64,000 nucleotides of DNA from Parcubacteria group bacterium (GCA_016181845.1 JACOYO010000002.1:20780-84779), one strand, 5' to 3'. Positions 30,715 to 40,167 are shown, numbered from the stretch's first letter. Notes: generated by a model from the sequence alone, not told the origin. Numbers and translations: made by a program.

Positions 30715-30858
30715 AACAAATCCCGCTTTCTTCAGCACTGGCGAATGAAGCGGGTTTTTGTTATGGTAGAGAAGCGTTTGCCCTCGTCGTTCAACTCCGA
30801 CACTTCGGTCGGAGTCCCGACTCCGAGGGTGTCGGGATTATTACAATGAAATAAAATT

Positions 30859-30930
30859 GCCCTCGTCGTTCAATGGATAGGACGCAAGCTTGCGGAGCTT
30901 GTAATAGAAGTTCGATTCTTCTCGAGGGCA
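30859..30930 (+). tRNA. tRNA-Arg(GCG)
   Basis: GCCCTCG TC GTTC AATGGATA GGAC G CAAGC TTGCGGA GCTTG ... AGAAG TTCGATT CTTCT CGAGGGC A. Confidence 0.92.
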
Positions 30931-31167
30931 TAAAAATAATGAGCGCAAAGCGTTTGCTTTGCGCGAATGTATTTTTATAGCCATCAAGAAGAATCGAAAG
31001 GCGGAGGCCGCGAAGCCGAATCCGAAGCGTAGCGCAGGATTCGTGGCCGAGCCGGGGTCGCGAGCCCAAAAATTAAGGAGTGAAACGACTATAATTTTTG
31101 AGGACTTGTGACCGATTCTTCTCGAGGGCATAAAAATAATGAGCGCAAAGCGTTTGCTTTGCGCGAA
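30913..31167 (+). repeat. tRNA-linked structured element, 200-bp period (copy 1)
   Basis: 55-bp perfect direct repeat 30913-30967 / 31113-31167; 76-nt core 30990-31065 shared with 60677-60752. Confidence 0.85.
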
Positions 31168-31202
31168 CGCATGTTAGAAACCGATTTGTGGTTTCTTAAA
31201 AC

Positions 31203-31674
31203 TCAAAACCCCAGATATTCCATAATTGTTTCCGAAAGTGATTCGCGGTGTTCTTTTTCCGGAAGAGCGTCAAGGAATATCTCGTGGACTTGTTCGGTTG
31301 AAATTTCTCTGGCAATTGGTATGCGCAAGTACGGCATAAGCCATGTTTCCGATTCAACAACGAGCACATCCTCCATCGGGTATCGGTGAATCCAAAAAGA
31401 TTTGAGCGCGCGAAACGGATACTCTGCGTTGCCGACACGAACGCCGCGCGCGCCGATTGAGAAGAGCAACGTTCTCGGTTGTTTAGTGGCATACATCATG
31501 AGCGTGAACGCCGCGAGTAAAATAAACAAGGCAAACAATACGTTGTTGTACAAAAGAGAGATGATTACAATAGCAACGGCAATAATGCCGATAGCCCAAA
31601 ACCAATCAGCGCTTTTTTTCTGATGGTGATATTCCGTAAAAGACCATTGGATTGATTGTGTTTGAGGAGGCATA
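31203..31674 (-). CDS. conserved-looking two-TM hypothetical protein
   Basis: IQWSFTEYHHQKKSADWFW, two TM helices, soluble tail ending LGF. Confidence 0.7.
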
Positions 31675-31817
31675 GGATAAAAACGAAACAAATAAAAAGA
31701 CGCGTGCTTTTATATTACCAGTATATCATTTTTTAGAATCGCACAAAACAAAATCCCCGCAAAAGGGATTTTGTAGAACTATATTATTTGATAATTTCAT
31801 CAAATAACGCTGAATCG

Positions 31818-32306
31818 TTACTTCGTTACAACAATTGTTCCAAAATGAGCAGCGTTCAGGTGGTCGTGGTATTTCCAGGAGCCGATTTCGTTGAACACAA
31901 AAGACCATGTGCTTCCCGATGCAACACCGGCACATGCGTCAAAGATGGCTGAAGCGTCCGGCGTGCCGCATTTTGCGACAGAGGAGCCTGGGTAGACGGT
32001 ATGAGTGGGATGTATCGCCGATGCCGGCCAAAAATCTTTACCGCTTTCATTTGAGAAGATTACCATCGTTCCTTTTTTGACAGTGACTACATCGGGAGAA
32101 AATCCGTTTGCCGTGTATGAGATTGAGGCGTTGGCAACGGCGGTCTCCACAACAGAGGCGTTGTCATCTGCCGGAACCGCGCTTGTGGTGTCAGATGACG
32201 GCGAGACGGCAAGCGGGGCGGTGTCTTGTTTTTGTTTATCAATAAAAGCAAAAATCACCCACACGACAACTAAAACGACGATAACCCACGCGATAATTTT
32301 TTGCAT
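31818..32306 (-). CDS. cupredoxin/plastocyanin-like membrane-anchored protein
   Basis: GFSPDVVTVKKG..V.F.N, HPTH, F...GSWKYHDH...GTIVV. Confidence 0.8.
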   Translation of the reverse strand: MQKIIAWVIVVLVVVWVIFAFIDKQKQDTAPLAVSPSSDTTSAVPADDNASVVETAVANASISYTANGFSPDVVTVKKGTMVIFSNESGKDFWPASAIHPTHTVYPGSSVAKCGTPDASAIFDACAGVASGSTWSFVFNEIGSWKYHDHLNAAHFGTIVVTK

Positions 32307-32414
32307 ATCAGTTATGTAAAAATTTTTTTAATATCTCGACCAAATACGTTACTTCTATCATAAATTATTTTGTTAATTGAGCAATCAAAAAAGACAATGA
32401 TATACTAGAACATC

Positions 32415-33089
32415 ATGATTTCTCAAAAAAGTAAATTATTTGCGCGAAAAAAACGGGCGCAAAAATTGCTCACGGCGCTCAAGAAACTCTTTCCTCGCGC
32501 GGGCATGGCGCTCCGCTACGGCAACAACTGGGAGCTTTTGGTGGCGGTGATGCTTTCGGCGCAGTGTACTGATAAGAAAGTGAATGAAGTGACGGCGCGG
32601 CTGTTCAAAAAATACCGTACGCTTGACGCATACGCCGGCGCGAAGCAGAAAGCGTTTGAAAAAGATATTTACTCTACCGGATTTTATCGCAACAAGGCAA
32701 AAAACATTATTGCCGCGGCGCGGATGATAAAAGAAAAATTTGGCGGCAGTGTGCCACGCGCGATGACAGAACTTTTAGAATTGCCCGGTGTCGCGCGAAA
32801 GACCGCCAACGTCGTGTTGGGAAATGCCTACGGCGTGGTGGAGGGGATTGCGGTGGATACGCATGTCCAGCGTTTCGCGCGGAAGTTTGACCTCACCGAT
32901 TTTTCAGACCCGAAAAAAATAGAAGAGGATTTGATGGAGCTTTTCCCAAAAAAAGAGTGGTTCTTACTCACCTATCGGCTGATTGAATACGGTAGACAAA
33001 TTTGTCCGGCGCGCCGTCATGATTGCACGAAACACCCACTGACGCGCGTCTATCCCGAAGCGGCGCATCACTGGCCGCGCGCGAAATAG
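32415..33089 (+). CDS. nth: endonuclease III
   Basis: LSAQCTDKKVN, LPGVARKTANVV (HhH), AVDTHV; Fe-S cysteine motif is incomplete. Confidence 0.95.
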   Translation: MISQKSKLFARKKRAQKLLTALKKLFPRAGMALRYGNNWELLVAVMLSAQCTDKKVNEVTARLFKKYRTLDAYAGAKQKAFEKDIYSTGFYRNKAKNIIAAARMIKEKFGGSVPRAMTELLELPGVARKTANVVLGNAYGVVEGIAVDTHVQRFARKFDLTDFSDPKKIEEDLMELFPKKEWFLLTYRLIEYGRQICPARRHDCTKHPLTRVYPEAAHHWPRAK

Positions 33090-33195
33090 TATTGCCCACG
33101 GCTTTTATTGAGAAACCTTGTCAAACGTGTTAGTTTGTTTATAGAAACACAACAGTGTGATTATGGTAAAAAGTTTTTTGTGGTATACTGGTTGA

Positions 33196-33669
33196 GTGGC
33201 CGAGAAATATAAAAGAAATCCAAATACCAGCTGTTTTATTTGCAGAAAATCAATTTACAGAAGACCGTTTGAGATAGAAAAAAACAAAGGAAAGATATTT
33301 TGCGGCGCTGTTTGTTATGGCATTTCTTGCAGAAAAGAGAAGCCCTGTATTGTTTGTGGTCAACTCATTTTGTCGGGTTTGCGCAAAAAAACTTGCAGCA
33401 GAAGTTGCTCGAATAAATATAGGATTGGTATTCAATATAAAATAAATAGTCCAAGAGACAAAGCAAAAGCGCAACGTTCTTTAAAACTTAAACTCTTAAA
33501 AGAGAGAGGAAAAAAATGCGAACGTTGCGGTTTCCAAAAATATAATATATTGCAAACACACCACAAAGACAGAGATAGAAACAACAACAATATGAATAAT
33601 CTGGAGATTGTTTGTCCAAACTGTCACGCCGAAGAACATTATTTAGAAAAAAGCCCGCTAAACATTTGA
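33196..33669 (+). CDS. HNH endonuclease with N-terminal Cys zinc-finger repeats
   Basis: CxxC...FCxxxC repeats; CERCG...HHKDRDRNNN...NLEIVCPNCH..EH. Confidence 0.88.
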   Translation: MAEKYKRNPNTSCFICRKSIYRRPFEIEKNKGKIFCGAVCYGISCRKEKPCIVCGQLILSGLRKKTCSRSCSNKYRIGIQYKINSPRDKAKAQRSLKLKLLKERGKKCERCGFQKYNILQTHHKDRDRNNNNMNNLEIVCPNCHAEEHYLEKSPLNI

Positions 33670-33719
33670 TCGAGCACATCACTTGTTTTTTTGAGTAACG
33701 TGTTGTTCCGCCACAGTGC

Positions 33720-33802
33720 GGAGGGTTGCGCCGAATGGTAAGGCACCAGTCTTGAAAACTGGCGGGTGAAAGCCCTTAGAGGTTCGAGTCCTCTACCCTC
33801 CG
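33720..33802 (+). tRNA. tRNA-Ser(TGA)
   Basis: GGAGGGT acceptor, CCAGT CTTGAAA ACTGG anticodon arm, long variable arm, AGAGG TTCGAGT CCTCT. Confidence 0.95.
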
Positions 33803-33872
33803 CTTTGTGGCGGAATATGAGGACATTTAAAATTTCATGGAGGTTTCAAGATGATAAAAATTGAAAATCGGA

Positions 33873-33927
33873 ATCGGAAGCCGAAATGGGGTCGCGCCGT
33901 AGGCGCGACCCCATTTCGGCTTCCGAT
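33873..33927. repeat. perfect 26-bp-stem hairpin
   Basis: ATCGGAAGCCGAAATGGGGTCGCGCC-GTA-GGCGCGACCCCATTTCGGCTTCCGAT. Confidence 0.85.
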
Positions 33928-34006
33928 ACACACCGCAGTCGGGATTTTGCAAGAAAGAAAGTTTAACATCGGCATGCGGAGCGCGGCGAGCCCAGCCAGA
34001 GTTCTT

Positions 34007-34063
34007 CAGCATTCGGCTATGCGATAGCCGAATACACAGCATTCGGCTATGCGATAGCCGAAT
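34007..34063. repeat. tandem pair of 23-bp palindromes
   Basis: ATTCGGCTA-TGCGA-TAGCCGAAT at 34011-34033 and 34041-34063. Confidence 0.85.
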
Positions 34064-34255
34064 GTTGGACAGATTACCCTGCGGTTTACGCCAACAGAGG
34101 CCTATATTTTCGCGTAAGTTGGGTACTATTGCTTGTGTGGCTGAAACATGCCAAGGTGAGAGGAAAGCATATCGTAGTTAGGGATTGTATTTTAGGGCTG
34201 TTATTCCCTTTGAAATATATAAAAAAAGAAAAAACAAGAAAATAAGGAGAGAGCC

Positions 34256-34999
34256 ATGGGAAAATCTCATATCCTCCGGCTTGTCGTTTTTGGTGCAGTG
34301 TTCGCTATTGCTGTCGCCGGCTGTGTTTCACTATCGCATACACGGTCGGGAGAAAAAGATTTTTGGAGGAAGACGCTTGAAAAGAAAATACCGGCAACAG
34401 CGGTTTTGGACACCGATGCATCATGGAATAAGTTTGAGCGCTCTATGAATACGTGGCTGACGGGCAAGATAGGAGTGCTTCGCGAACGCACGGCAAGAAA
34501 AATGTTTGGAAAGCCGACAGAGCGCCGGGTCACGGAGTCGGCGCGGTCAGCAGGGTGGTATTATCGTGAAGGAAAATTGTTTGATTGGGACATGCTTGTG
34601 GCTAGCGGAAATCATCGGAACGAAAAAGACTACATGCTCGTCCTGGGATTTACTCCGAAAGGAGCGCTCGCAACCTTTGAGCTCGCTTCTTCGCGAAATC
34701 CTTCCACGACCATCGGTGGGACGACGAAGTATCTCGTGCGGGGCGCGGTGACGGTCGGTGGTACGATACTGTTTTCACAGTTAATGGAGAAAGCGCTTAA
34801 TCGCGCGAGCGACTACCTTGCCAAAAAATTGGAAGGGCTGGGACCGGAGCTTGAACAAAGAATTCAAAACGGCATCAAAGGAGGACTTCCCGCAGAATTG
34901 AATCTCAAGAGCACGAAGATTCAAGGGACATTATCAAGCGGAGAATCTATTAATCTAACCATCCCCAAAACGGGGTTGGAGATTCCAAAAGTTCCTTAA
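34256..34999 (+). CDS. hypothetical lipoprotein
   Basis: Lipobox VAGC after a hydrophobic signal; AGGAG upstream. Confidence 0.7.
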   Translation: MGKSHILRLVVFGAVFAIAVAGCVSLSHTRSGEKDFWRKTLEKKIPATAVLDTDASWNKFERSMNTWLTGKIGVLRERTARKMFGKPTERRVTESARSAGWYYREGKLFDWDMLVASGNHRNEKDYMLVLGFTPKGALATFELASSRNPSTTIGGTTKYLVRGAVTVGGTILFSQLMEKALNRASDYLAKKLEGLGPELEQRIQNGIKGGLPAELNLKSTKIQGTLSSGESINLTIPKTGLEIPKVP

Positions 35000-35085
35000 T
35001 TCATTAAAGTAATGAAAAAGGGCGCATATGAAAATGAAATATTTTCGTGCGCCCTTTTCTAATTGAGGGATGAATTTCTAAAAAC

Positions 35086-35316
35086 TCATTGATGCTCTTC
35101 CGGCGTGTTTTTCTTGCGAAACACTTTTGCCACAAATATCAGATAAAAAATATCAAGAAGCGCGAGCGTGTTGATGATAAGGAGGGCGATAAACCATCCT
35201 GTATGGGAATTGCGCGCGGCGGTCCACAGCGCGTAGCCCTTCCACGGAAGGACCCACGCCATCAACAAGAGAAGTATCCAAATGCTCATTGTGCTCATTG
35301 AAAGAAATGGTTCCAT
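35086..35316 (-). CDS. small membrane protein (DUF5652-like)
   Basis: W..PWKGYALWTAARN...WFIALLIINTL..L.I.YL pattern. Confidence 0.7.
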   Translation of the reverse strand: MEPFLSMSTMSIWILLLLMAWVLPWKGYALWTAARNSHTGWFIALLIINTLALLDIFYLIFVAKVFRKKNTPEEHQ

Positions 35317-35424
35317 ATGTTTCTTATGATAAAGATTTGTGTTGGAGAATGCAACACGGGCGTGTGTATAAAAAAATGCATTTTGCAAAAGACTAGATAC
35401 GAGATATGGTATGGATATAACAAT

Positions 35425-35799
35425 ATGAAATACTTGGGCATTGATTATGGAACCAAACGCGTCGGCGTAGCTCTTTCCGATGACGGCGGGACGATGGCTT
35501 TTCCGTATGGCGTTATTCAAAATACTCCAGCGCTTTTTGGCGAGCTGAAAACGATTATCAAAAAACATGAGATTTCGTGTATTGTCGTCGGAGAGTCGCT
35601 TGATTATTCAGGCAAACCAAATCCGGTCATGGAAGAAATAAAAACATTTGTTCGTGAATTGGAAGCAAAAATTGGTATCGCGGTTCAGTATGAGCCGGAA
35701 TTTTTGACCTCCGCGCAAGCGCGCCGCATTCAAGGCGATTCGCACACGCTTGATGCCTCCGCCGCGGCGATTATTTTGCAAAGTTTTTTGGATAAATAG
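35425..35799 (+). CDS. ruvX: YqgF/RuvX family nuclease
   Basis: YLGIDYGTKRVGVALSD, EFLTS, DASAAAIILQSFLD. Confidence 0.93.
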   Translation: MKYLGIDYGTKRVGVALSDDGGTMAFPYGVIQNTPALFGELKTIIKKHEISCIVVGESLDYSGKPNPVMEEIKTFVRELEAKIGIAVQYEPEFLTSAQARRIQGDSHTLDASAAAIILQSFLDK

Positions 35800-35876
35800 A
35801 CGTCCGACCTCTGAATTGGAAACATATCGGCATTGGCCGTAAATAAAGTAATTACCACATCAGAGGTCGGACGTCT
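35798..35876. mobile_element. family A element copy 4
   Basis: 79 bp with the same TIRs; left end overlaps the TAG stop of ruvX. Confidence 0.88.
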
Positions 35877-35919
35877 CACGCTATTGATATATGGGATGGT
35901 TTTTGATTTTGGAAAAGTT

Positions 35920-36915
35920 TTAATTCACGAAGGGATTTTTTGCTCCGCGGACCTCAAAGTGGAGGTGTGGACCGGTTGATTTGCCGGTAGAGCCTACGTA
36001 GCCGATGATTTGTCCTCGCACCACATGCCAACCCGCTTTTACTATATTGACGCTGTTGTGTCCGTATAGCGTTTGGGTTCCGTTGCCGTGCTCTATGACA
36101 ATGTAGTTTCCATATCCTCCATTCCATCCATAATCACGGCTGATAATGACATCACCTGATGCGGCGGCAAAAATAGGGGTGCCCGATGGCGCTCCGAGGT
36201 CAACGCCGTTGTATCCATGGAGTCCTTGTGTGAGTATGCCATCCACGGGGCGAAGGTAATAGCCACTATATTCAGGACCGTTTGTTCCGCGTACCGGAGT
36301 AGCATAATTCGCGATTGTTTGTTTTGGCGCGCCTATTTCTCCGTCAGGAATCACGACAATATCTCCGACTGCAAGTATTGCATTTTCGCTTATGCCATTA
36401 AAATTACGCATCTCCTCAAGATTTCCTTTATATTTCTTTGCGATGCTCTGCAATGTTTCGCCTTTCTCAACTGTGTGGAGTACTCCGGAAATAGGAAGAA
36501 TGACGAGTTCTTGTCCAACACTGATGATATTTCCGCGCTTGATATCATTTGCCCAAATGATGGTATTTACCGAAACCCCGAACATTTTAGCGATACCTGA
36601 AAGAGAATCTCCCTCACGCACCACATATATGCTGATTTGGTCTGATTTTGGAGCGTTGTCTTGTATGTCGGCAATGGTGCCGAGCGGTCCGCTATCGGGC
36701 AAAAGGGCGCTTCCACTTACAATAGTGATATCTCCGCCACCCTTTGAGGGGTTTGGGTCGTGGTTTAAGGCCGCCTGAAGCAATGCAACGTTTTGTGAGT
36801 TTCCATTGTTTTGAGACGTATTTGATTTATTGAAGATAGTATCTAAAAAATCTAAAAAACCGGCATTTGCTTGAGTCGGATTTATTAATATCACCGAAAA
36901 CACAAAAGAAACCAA
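35920..36915 (-). CDS. LysM (x2) + M23 metallopeptidase
   Basis: YVVREGDSLSGIA, HTVEKGETLQSIA, HGYNGVD, YGH, STGPHLHFEV; start uncertain. Confidence 0.93.
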   Translation of the reverse strand: MVSFVFSVILINPTQANAGFLDFLDTIFNKSNTSQNNGNSQNVALLQAALNHDPNPSKGGGDITIVSGSALLPDSGPLGTIADIQDNAPKSDQISIYVVREGDSLSGIAKMFGVSVNTIIWANDIKRGNIISVGQELVILPISGVLHTVEKGETLQSIAKKYKGNLEEMRNFNGISENAILAVGDIVVIPDGEIGAPKQTIANYATPVRGTNGPEYSGYYLRPVDGILTQGLHGYNGVDLGAPSGTPIFAAASGDVIISRDYGWNGGYGNYIVIEHGNGTQTLYGHNSVNIVKAGWHVVRGQIIGYVGSTGKSTGPHLHFEVRGAKNPFVN

Positions 36916-37233
36916 GATGGCTCTTTTTGCAAAAAACGTTGCAATTCCTTGTATTTTCGCCCGATTGTTCGTATTTTTCGTTTCGGGGTCTTGTATTTGA
37001 GTAGAAATAAGCCTAATTTTAAGAGGAATTTCCGTCTTTCAGACATAAAATGGCTCTGTTGAGCCATTCTTCAACAATCCATACCATATTCGGCGGATAT
37101 ATTAATGGTAGCGCCGTGGGGAAGGAAGTCAACCGTGACGGCAAGTTGTCTGTGGATATCATATTTTATAAAATATATGAATTAAAAAACCTTTTTGTTT
37201 GTGTTTATTTAAATTACGAGTAAAATAAAACAC

Positions 37234-39837
37234 ATGGCGTCTAATTCTCAAGATGGGCCGGAAAAATTTGGAGCAATAGGCGCCCGTTTGGGTGGGCAAG
37301 CGGAAGAGTTGAAGAAAACATTGTTCCCCGGGCTCTCATCAGAAGAAGTATCAGAATCAAAAAAAGAAAAACCGACAGAAAGTATTTCTGCCGCTCATGC
37401 TATACCGATTAAAGAAGGCACAGGCGTCGGGGTAACTATTCAAAAACAAGGAAAGGAATCGTGGTTTCAGGCCGGAACAGAAAAAAAAGAAGCCGCCACC
37501 CTTGCTCAATATGATAGGCCGGGCAAAAAGAAAGAAACAAACGAAGAGCTTATTGAGAGGCTATCAAAAGAAAGAAAAGAAAGAGAGGAGCGGGAAAAAC
37601 AGCTTCGGACCGGCGCTAAAGAAGCGGCCGCCGTTGCGCCGGCATTTTTTCAAATACCGGAACGAGAACCTGTGGAACCTGAAAAAGAAAAAAAGGAAAC
37701 GGTAAAAAACGAAAGCGACGAAGCCCTAGGCATACCGGAATCGGCGGCTCGGTTCCAAGCAAGCGCCACGGAGAAAAAGAGCATTATAGAAGAACTCAAA
37801 AAAGAAACGGACACGGAAAAGAGAAAGAATCTGTGGCATAAAAAAAATCATATCATCCTGGAGCATCAGAGAAACTGGGCGGCTTTTGCGTATGAGAACG
37901 CACAGAACGAAGAGCAAAAAAATAAAGCAAAAGAAGATTTTGTTTTCGCAAATAAAATGCTTGCGGAATACACGAGTGACCCTGGCGCATATGAAAAAAA
38001 GAATAAGTGGGAGTATCAGGATTTGCCGGCACAACCGGTTAGACCAATTGCGCCAGCAGCTGAAGAGCCAGATGCCGCAATAAAAAAAGAAGAAGAATCT
38101 GAAAAGCCGACAAACACTCCTTTGCAAACAGAAAACCTTTCTGAAGAAAAAATACCTCTCGTGAAAGAGGAAACAGCAAAAAATAAAGGGCCCTCCTCTA
38201 TCACCGAAGAACATGAGCCTACATTTAGCGTCGCCGAAGAACTTGAAAGGGCTCTTAAAGAAAAAACACCGATAGCCACTGCAGAAAACAAGGAAACATC
38301 TCCTGGCGCTGATGTGGTGGGCACTCCCCGCGAGCCACAAAACAACAAACCGATAGAACAGCTTGGAGAAACAATGTCGCCTGAAGATAAGACGAAAATT
38401 GAGCAAAGGATAGAAAATCTAAATAAAACGCTTGACGCGCAAGCAGAACAAATTGAAAAAGACGCAGAGAAAAAAGGATACCTTGATTTTATTCGCGATG
38501 TCGGTAGAAATTACAAAAAAGCGCGGCTGACTTTCAAAATCGCTTTGCCGCTCGCTGTTTTGGCTGGAGTTTCATCGGGTGGAGTCGCCGCCTTGCTTGG
38601 AGCGAGTGTTGGCATTGTGGCGCGAATCGGAGCAGGGGCGACAGTATTTGTCGGCGCCGAAGCATTCTTGGAAAAAAAGAGACAGGAAAAAGAGCGCTGG
38701 TGGAATAAAAATCCTAAAATTATGGCGGCGGTTTCTGCCGGCATCATGGCGGGTCCTGTTATGAGCAAGGTGATAAGCGCCACAAATGCTGATGAGTGGC
38801 TCTCTCATACGTGGGATAAAGTATTTGGCGGAGGCGAAGTGGCGCAATCGGCGCTGGAGCAGACACAAGATAAAATAATACCGCCGCCAACCACCCCATC
38901 GATGACCCCTGAAGTAAAAGCGGCTTTGGAGCAGGCGCATGAGGCTATGGTGTCGCCGTCAGAAGTGGCGCCAGCGCCTTCCGTAGCGACGGTGATAGAA
39001 CATGTTGCTCCAGTAGCGGCTCTTGAATCAATACACACAGTTGTCTCCGGAGAAAATCTGCATAACATTATCGCCAATATGAAAGAATTGAGCGAGCTTG
39101 ACGGCGGGAGAAAAGAAAATGCCATCGCGAATATTTTGGAACAAATAAATAAAAATCCTATTGACTACGGCGTTGCAAGCGGCGACGTCAACCGGCTTGC
39201 GATAGGCGACCATATTAATATGGAAAAAATTCACGCGGCGTTTTTGGAAACAAAAATCGGCGGCGAGAGTATCGTAGAGCACGCGCAACACCTTACGACG
39301 GAACAAGTGGCGCATATTGAGGCGCCGCAACACGAGGTAGTTAGTGAAACAACTCCCGTAGCTGAAACAGAACCAAAACCGCTTTCCGTGGAAGACAGGA
39401 ATGCTCAAGATGTGAAAAATATTGATGAGCTTGAGAAACAGTATAAGGTTGGAAAATACGCGGTGGCAAGCCAAGCCGATGCCGGGGCTTTTGATATCAG
39501 CGATAAAGGCATTGCGGGTATGAGTGGCGAGGTGGCGGCAGACATGAGCGCGACAGAAAATTTAACGAAAACAATACAACGCGGACTTGAGCATGTTTTC
39601 GGAGTGGGGGAAAGAGAGTTGGGAGATACGAGCTGGACAGTTCTACAGAGCGAAAATGCCGAGGAATTTTTAGATAAATTTTCTCTTGATATGGACAGCC
39701 CCGAAGAAAAACTTAAAGATTATTTAAATACGATGATACATGACACGAAAATCAATCCGCGTGCCGGAGAAACCATTTTAGACTATCTCACGCGCATCGT
39801 GGAACAAGATGTTACTTTGAGATATTCATACGATTAA
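37234..39837 (+). CDS. large hypothetical protein: charged N-terminus, central hydrophobic hairpin, LysM-like segment
   Basis: 867-aa ORF; Gly/Ala hydrophobic stretch; HTVVSGENLHNII. Confidence 0.7.
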   Translation: MASNSQDGPEKFGAIGARLGGQAEELKKTLFPGLSSEEVSESKKEKPTESISAAHAIPIKEGTGVGVTIQKQGKESWFQAGTEKKEAATLAQYDRPGKKKETNEELIERLSKERKEREEREKQLRTGAKEAAAVAPAFFQIPEREPVEPEKEKKETVKNESDEALGIPESAARFQASATEKKSIIEELKKETDTEKRKNLWHKKNHIILEHQRNWAAFAYENAQNEEQKNKAKEDFVFANKMLAEYTSDPGAYEKKNKWEYQDLPAQPVRPIAPAAEEPDAAIKKEEESEKPTNTPLQTENLSEEKIPLVKEETAKNKGPSSITEEHEPTFSVAEELERALKEKTPIATAENKETSPGADVVGTPREPQNNKPIEQLGETMSPEDKTKIEQRIENLNKTLDAQAEQIEKDAEKKGYLDFIRDVGRNYKKARLTFKIALPLAVLAGVSSGGVAALLGASVGIVARIGAGATVFVGAEAFLEKKRQEKERWWNKNPKIMAAVSAGIMAGPVMSKVISATNADEWLSHTWDKVFGGGEVAQSALEQTQDKIIPPPTTPSMTPEVKAALEQAHEAMVSPSEVAPAPSVATVIEHVAPVAALESIHTVVSGENLHNIIANMKELSELDGGRKENAIANILEQINKNPIDYGVASGDVNRLAIGDHINMEKIHAAFLETKIGGESIVEHAQHLTTEQVAHIEAPQHEVVSETTPVAETEPKPLSVEDRNAQDVKNIDELEKQYKVGKYAVASQADAGAFDISDKGIAGMSGEVAADMSATENLTKTIQRGLEHVFGVGERELGDTSWTVLQSENAEEFLDKFSLDMDSPEEKLKDYLNTMIHDTKINPRAGETILDYLTRIVEQDVTLRYSYD

Positions 39838-39855
39838 CAAATAAATACCCACATT

Positions 39856-40167
39856 ATGATTACAAACCAAGACATACGCGAACAAATTATCAAAGAGCTT
39901 GAGCTGGGCGGACTTCCAAGTGAGGCGCAGGATGAAATTATTTCAAAACTTGCTGAAAACCTGCTCAAAAAAATTGCAATAGTGATGCTTGATAAACTTC
40001 CGGAAGACAAACGCGGTGAATTTGAAGCGCTTGCAAATGCCGGAGACACGGGGCAAGTGTACGCGTTTTTACAAGCGCACATTCCCGATGCGTCAGCGCT
40101 TATTCAAGCGGAGCTACAAGGTAGCATTGCGGAAATTAAACAGATAAACGATCGGGCGAAAATATAG
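39856..40167 (+). CDS. small acidic helical protein (DUF5663-like)
   Basis: IIKELELGGLP...L...IP pattern seen in CPR proteins. Confidence 0.6.
   Translation: MITNQDIREQIIKELELGGLPSEAQDEIISKLAENLLKKIAIVMLDKLPEDKRGEFEALANAGDTGQVYAFLQAHIPDASALIQAELQGSIAEIKQINDRAKI

Noticed and set aside
30913-31167. attL/attR of a prophage or genomic island
   Set aside because: The repeats are only 200 bp apart with no integrase or cargo; reported instead as a miniature structured element
34007-34063. Possible mini CRISPR array
   Set aside because: Only two units with a 3-7 nt gap, no spacers and no cas genes
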